Assembly (NCBI GenBank): GCA_905178155.1
Contig: CAJINV010000002.1
Location: forward strand, 11,596,591 to 11,660,590
Length of the DNA stretch: 64,000 bases
From: Amoebophrya sp. A120
Taxonomy: Eukaryota; Protista; Dinoflagellata
Direction: 5' to 3'
A program made the translations under genes and the position numbers. Under the pieces are notes generated by a model that made no database searches, had not been told where the DNA came from, and saw only the letters and a program-made list of their open reading frames with translations. Below are positions 59,642 to 64,000 of the stretch, one piece after another (position 1 is the stretch's first letter; every line of letters begins with the position of its first letter).

Positions 59642-62418
59642 CTAATAAAGTGCTAGAAACAACGCCATCCGCTGAAGCGCGCTCAATTCGTTTTCGACTT
59701 CCATTGGATCTTCCTCACCGTCTGTCAAGCCTTCCCGCTCCACAGCAAGCACCTGCACCAAGTTTGGCCAAACCGGATCTTTCGCCAGGGGACGCACCAA
59801 TTCGTCGTAGAGGCTCTTTACCTGCTTCTTCTCCTGGAACAGCTGCAAAATCGTATCAACTTCCAATCGCAAATCTGCAAAGAAAAGGTTTTGCCAGGAA
59901 AACACCATCTTCTCATTTCCCGGCGCGGCGTGCGGTAGCATGGTCGCGCTCTCAGCGAATGATTTTTCGACCTGTGCGTACGAAAACGTTCTTACTGCCG
60001 CAATCGCGAGGTGCGCGCGAAAGACCAAAAGCTCTCGAATCGCCAGCTTGTTTTGGAGAACGCGCTGGAGCAGAGGCGCTACGGTTTCATGCCCCGCAGA
60101 ACTCGCAGGATCAATTTGCTCCTTCATGACCTCCTCGAAACCACCCACAAAAGTATTGCGATCTCTGCCTCGAAAGGCAAGCTCAGTGGTGTCGCCTGCG
60201 CCTCCCAGTCTCAGGTGTGCCGCTGCAAGAAGCTTGTCCGTCTGGAAAAAAATCAGCCACGTCCACAACCGCGCTTCGAAGTCCCGTTCTTGATGCACAT
60301 GTATGCCGGCATCTTTCCCTTCCGAAATGCGGGCGCCTGCTTCTTGCTGCCGTCGATCATTATTTGGCCCATCAACCGGCACAGGGAGAAACGTCGGAAG
60401 ATTGGCACGAAAAACTATTTTGCGCTGAAACTCATGAAGTAAACTTGGAAGGAAAACCGCAAGCTGTTTTGTGGACAGGAAGTGCTCGCCCCAAATTTTC
60501 CGATTTCTTCTTTCAGCGTCGTTGCTATCGCCATTATTTGCGGAGTCTGGCACGACGAGGAAAATGATCACGTCCCGCAACCGCCGCTCCAGACCGCGGA
60601 AGTAGGTTGCAGCCTTCTTCTCACTCTTCCCGAAGTCGTAGTCTAAGTTCTCAACCACGCGCCACGGTGCCGTGGCTACCAGTTTGCCGTCAAGCAGCAC
60701 GAAGCCACCAGCGGCGTCTTTGTGTGAAGATGATGTTTTTGAAAAAACATACTCCGTCACGACTTCCGCTATTTTCTCCTCCTGCGCATCCAGTATTGAA
60801 GAAACCCCCAAAAGCTCATCAAACGTGTTCTGGTCGCGCACCTGCTGAAGACAGAACCCGGCGACTCCTCTAAGGGTTTGCGCTGCACGGAGCCACTCCT
60901 CGTCGACGCGGGTCCGCTTGTTAAGCGTGTCTGTGATATGCAAGAAAAAAACTCTGTAAGTGTAACTTTGTCTTGCAGATGTTGCAATACAGTTACACTT
61001 GTCATGCCGGATATGCATCAGAGGCTATTTTAATCACGTGTTTTCGCGTAGTAGCTACGCATGACAGGTCAAATCTGTGATGCTGTTCCTGCAAAAAAGT
61101 TACACTTACACAGTTTTTTTCTTGGATATGTGAGATCTTTGCTGTACCGTCCGAGGGCATTTTGGTCCTCCATCGTCCCGACGCGCGGCTGCGAGAACAA
61201 TGCTTTTCTCAGCTTCTTTTCCTCCCGGTAGTGGAACTTAGAAAAGTTTTCGCCGTGCATGTACATCGCAAGAGAAATCCCGAACTCCACCCGAAATTTC
61301 GCCGACGAGCGGGGAAGCCACCGGGCGAACAGCTGCTCTGTCAATTCCAGCGCCCTCGCGAAGGCCGCGGAAGCGGGGAGCTCGTGCGATTTCGAGACGA
61401 GTCTTTGAACCGGGAACTGTTGTCGCCCGAAGCCCTTGCAGTTCAACAAGGTGCAAACCTGGTTCTGCGCCAAGAAGAGACTGAGAATCGCGGTGATTTT
61501 GTCAACATCGGAGTTTAGCAGCAACGCAGTTCTGTCGAGAGGAATTTGAATCCCCTTCTGCGGCACGAGCGTAGTTGAGTCCCCTTTTTTCCGGTACGGA
61601 TCGAACAGTGCAAGAACGTGGAACAGAAACGGGGTCTGAATCAGCTCCTCGAGCAACTTCACGCGGTGGCTGCTCGACCAGTCACTGTCCGTCCGCAGCA
61701 GCAGCCTCGCTAGCAACTGCGGTTTCGGTACCACGAGACTCGCAAACGGTTCGGAGTAGGGAACGAAGTCCGTGCGGCCGTGCTCGTCGATAGTTTCGAC
61801 CAACTCCTGTAAAGTGGCCGGCTTTTTTTCGCGAATGCGCCGCGCCAGCTCGCTGTCGGAATACGCGATTGGCATACTGTCGTACAAAATTTCCTGCTCC
61901 CACAGTGCTAGTGGCTGATGATTCTGCGCCCGCGCCTCGCGCCACCCGCGGAACTTTCCGGTCGTCGTTCTCACCACTGTTTTCGAAAAAGCATTTTTTC
62001 TGCTGTCTTCGAAAAGTTGCAAATGTCCTCGGCTCCCTTGCGAAAGCAGCGGAAATGGGTCATAATCGGCCACAGTCGTGCATATGCTTCGATCGCAGGC
62101 GGGTCTCGTTCTTTCCCGCACCAGCGAAAAAGCCTTCCTGCGGACGGCTTCACGAAGGTCCTCGCCTGTTAGGTCTTCTTTACCTGCTGAAGGACCACAC
62201 AAGAAGCTAGCGCTGACCGACCCAAACGGGTGCAAGACGAAAAAGAGGCTACTTCCAAAACCGAAGGCCTTGAACTCAGGAAGCAGCATATTGGAGATTG
62301 ACTCGAACCAAGACAAGGACAACCAGTAGCACGAAATGCCAGAAAACGTTTTGATACACACAACTAGAGATAAAACTACGGCTTTGGCCTTTTTCGTCCA
62401 CAGAATCCTGGCCGACAT
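59642..62418 (-). CDS. Hypothetical protein; two ORFs fused across the family D element, start uncertain
   Basis: ORFs 61069-62418 and 59642-61018 join as ...GRYSKDLT-DTLNKRTRV after removal of 60937-61128 plus one TGTGA. Confidence 0.7.
60937..61128. mobile_element. Family D TIR introner-like element, 192 bp; TSD TGTGA
   Basis: ~33-bp TIR TAT(G/C)CAAGAAAAAAACT(C/G)TGTAAGTGTAACTTT. TGTGA at 60932-60936 and 61129-61133. Confidence 0.9.
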
Positions 62419-62740
62419 GAGTGAGATGAGATCGCTGAGCCGGTGTCATCTTGCACCACGAAGTGACAGAGCGAATAAGAACAGTGGGGGTAAAGTAAAC
62501 ACGTGAAGATACACGTGCGCCACGAAGCCGTCCAATACCCAATCGAATTGGGAATGATTTTGGTGATTTTTTACTTTTCTTGGAAAGTCATGCAGCGTAA
62601 ATCCGAAAATCGGTTCTGCCAAAGCAAAGCCTGATCCTCGAAGAATTGAATCTACATCATGTAGTAGACAATTACGCGTAACAAAGAACTTGTTTTCACG
62701 ATTCCCTTTACTTATTCTCATCCTCCAGTTCGCATTCGCT

Positions 62741-64000
62741 TCAAGAACTTGCATTTTTGCCTTTCCCCTTTCCTCCTTTCCCTCCTTTCTTGCCACCGCC
62801 CTTGCCGTTACGCCGCTTGTTTTCGGACTCCGGGAAAGAAGTGGACGAACTTTGCTGCGGACCGGAGCTGCTCCCCTTCTGATTTTTTGATGATTTTTCT
62901 TGCTTTCCGCCATTCTTTTTCCCACCTCCTTTCTGACCGCCACCACCGCCGCCACCTTCAATGCGCAGACCCGGGACGCCTTTGAGGCCCATCATTCCGA
63001 CGGTTTTTTTCATCAACGTGGGCTGTTCGTCGCAGTACAAAACCCGCTCCGCGTACAGATTCGCCTGCTCGACCAGTTTCTCCTTGCTCCACGATATGCG
63101 CTTCGGGCAGAGACCGTTGTAGTACCCGAGCCAAGCGGCGTAGCACTGGTCCTTGGTCTTGCCCTCTGCGTCAGTCGTCGTGTCGCCACCGAGCAGCAGT
63201 TGGAACACTTGGTTTTTCGCCATGATGTCCGCCACAGAAAGAACATTCGATTTGTCGAAAACATCGGGATCCGAGCTTGCTTGGAACAGTGCCTTCCAGG
63301 TGGGTTGACTAATCTGTCCGTAGGAGGACGTCGTAGTTGTGCCCATATTCCACGAAGTAGAATTTTCGCCTTCCCTCCCAAACTTCCGCACCGTCGGGAG
63401 GTGCACACGATCTTGCTCCGCGAACCGCTTTACGAAGTCGCGGCCCAGCACGTCCTTCTCAAAATCACACAGGAGCAATACGCTCTCGCCCATTTCGCCG
63501 GCGCGAGCGGTCCGGCCCATGCGGTGGGTGTACTGCTCAAGCGATGCGGGCGCGCCGATCTGCAGGACGTGCGTCACATTCGGGTAATCCAACCCACGGG
63601 CAGACACGTCGGAAGAAAACAGAATTCCGGTGTCGGCTTCGCGAAACGCATCCGAAGTCTTGGTCCGCTGCGCCTGCGACTTGCGGCTGTGGATCTCGTA
63701 CGTCTGCGGGACGTAAATTCCTTTCGGACTGTTCCTCTTGAACTCGGAAAACAGCGAATTCGCGACCTCGGCGAAGAACTGGGTCTGCCGGGCGGTTGGT
63801 AGAAAGCAGATCACCTTCGCAGTCGGCTCTTTCCCCTTGGAGAACCAAATGCGAAACAGCATGGAGAAGCACACCTCCAGAATGTCCCAGGCCCCGCAGG
63901 TAAAGAACCGCTGGTGGATCGCCGCGGGCGCGGATTCGTTCTTGCACGTGTCGACAAAGGTGTAGTCCTTTTTCAACACCAACTGCAACACCTCCTTGAT
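62741..64000 (-). CDS. DEAD-box RNA helicase (Mss116/RH31-like), C-terminal half
   Basis: Motifs VICFLPT, IHSRKSQ, SDVSARGLDYPNV, YTHRMGRTARAG and YAAWLGYY, with a Gly/Lys-rich tail. Confidence 0.92.
   Translation of the reverse strand: MKEVLQLVLKKDYTFVDTCKNESAPAAIHQRFFTCGAWDILEVCFSMLFRIWFSKGKEPTAKVICFLPTARQTQFFAEVANSLFSEFKRNSPKGIYVPQTYEIHSRKSQAQRTKTSDAFREADTGILFSSDVSARGLDYPNVTHVLQIGAPASLEQYTHRMGRTARAGEMGESVLLLCDFEKDVLGRDFVKRFAEQDRVHLPTVRKFGREGENSTSWNMGTTTTSSYGQISQPTWKALFQASSDPDVFDKSNVLSVADIMAKNQVFQLLLGGDTTTDAEGKTKDQCYAAWLGYYNGLCPKRISWSKEKLVEQANLYAERVLYCDEQPTLMKKTVGMMGLKGVPGLRIEGGGGGGGQKGGGKKNGGKQEKSSKNQKGSSSGPQQSSSTSFPESENKRRNGKGGGKKGGKGGKGKGKNASS

Overview
Eukaryotic, intron-containing, gene-dense DNA in which every recognisable gene lies on the minus strand. 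A DrpB/DYN1-type dynamin, one-strand gene clustering and inverted-repeat non-canonical introns suggest an Amoebophrya-like (syndinian) alveolate parasite; this is an inference. Genes found: a dynamin-related protein, two tandem secreted M64-like metallopeptidases, a signal-peptide RING protein, CFAP161, a PX/FN3/RING protein, CFAP47, a SERF/4F5 protein, a Fic protein, a kinesin-7-like motor, a DEAD-box helicase and several hypotheticals. The main hidden structure is a set of ten MITE-like elements from four families. They share the end consensus TATC-N6-AAAAA...TTTTT-N6-GATA and each has an exact 5-bp direct repeat. All ten sit inside coding exons, two families occur in both orientations, and none offers a GT-AG or GC-AG boundary. 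Removing each element plus one repeat copy restores the reading frame every time. One element has been expanded to 3.2 kb by a nested poly(A)-tailed insertion with a 15-bp target-site duplication, and it still preserves the host frame. Exon joins were worked out by hand from the DNA with no transcript evidence.
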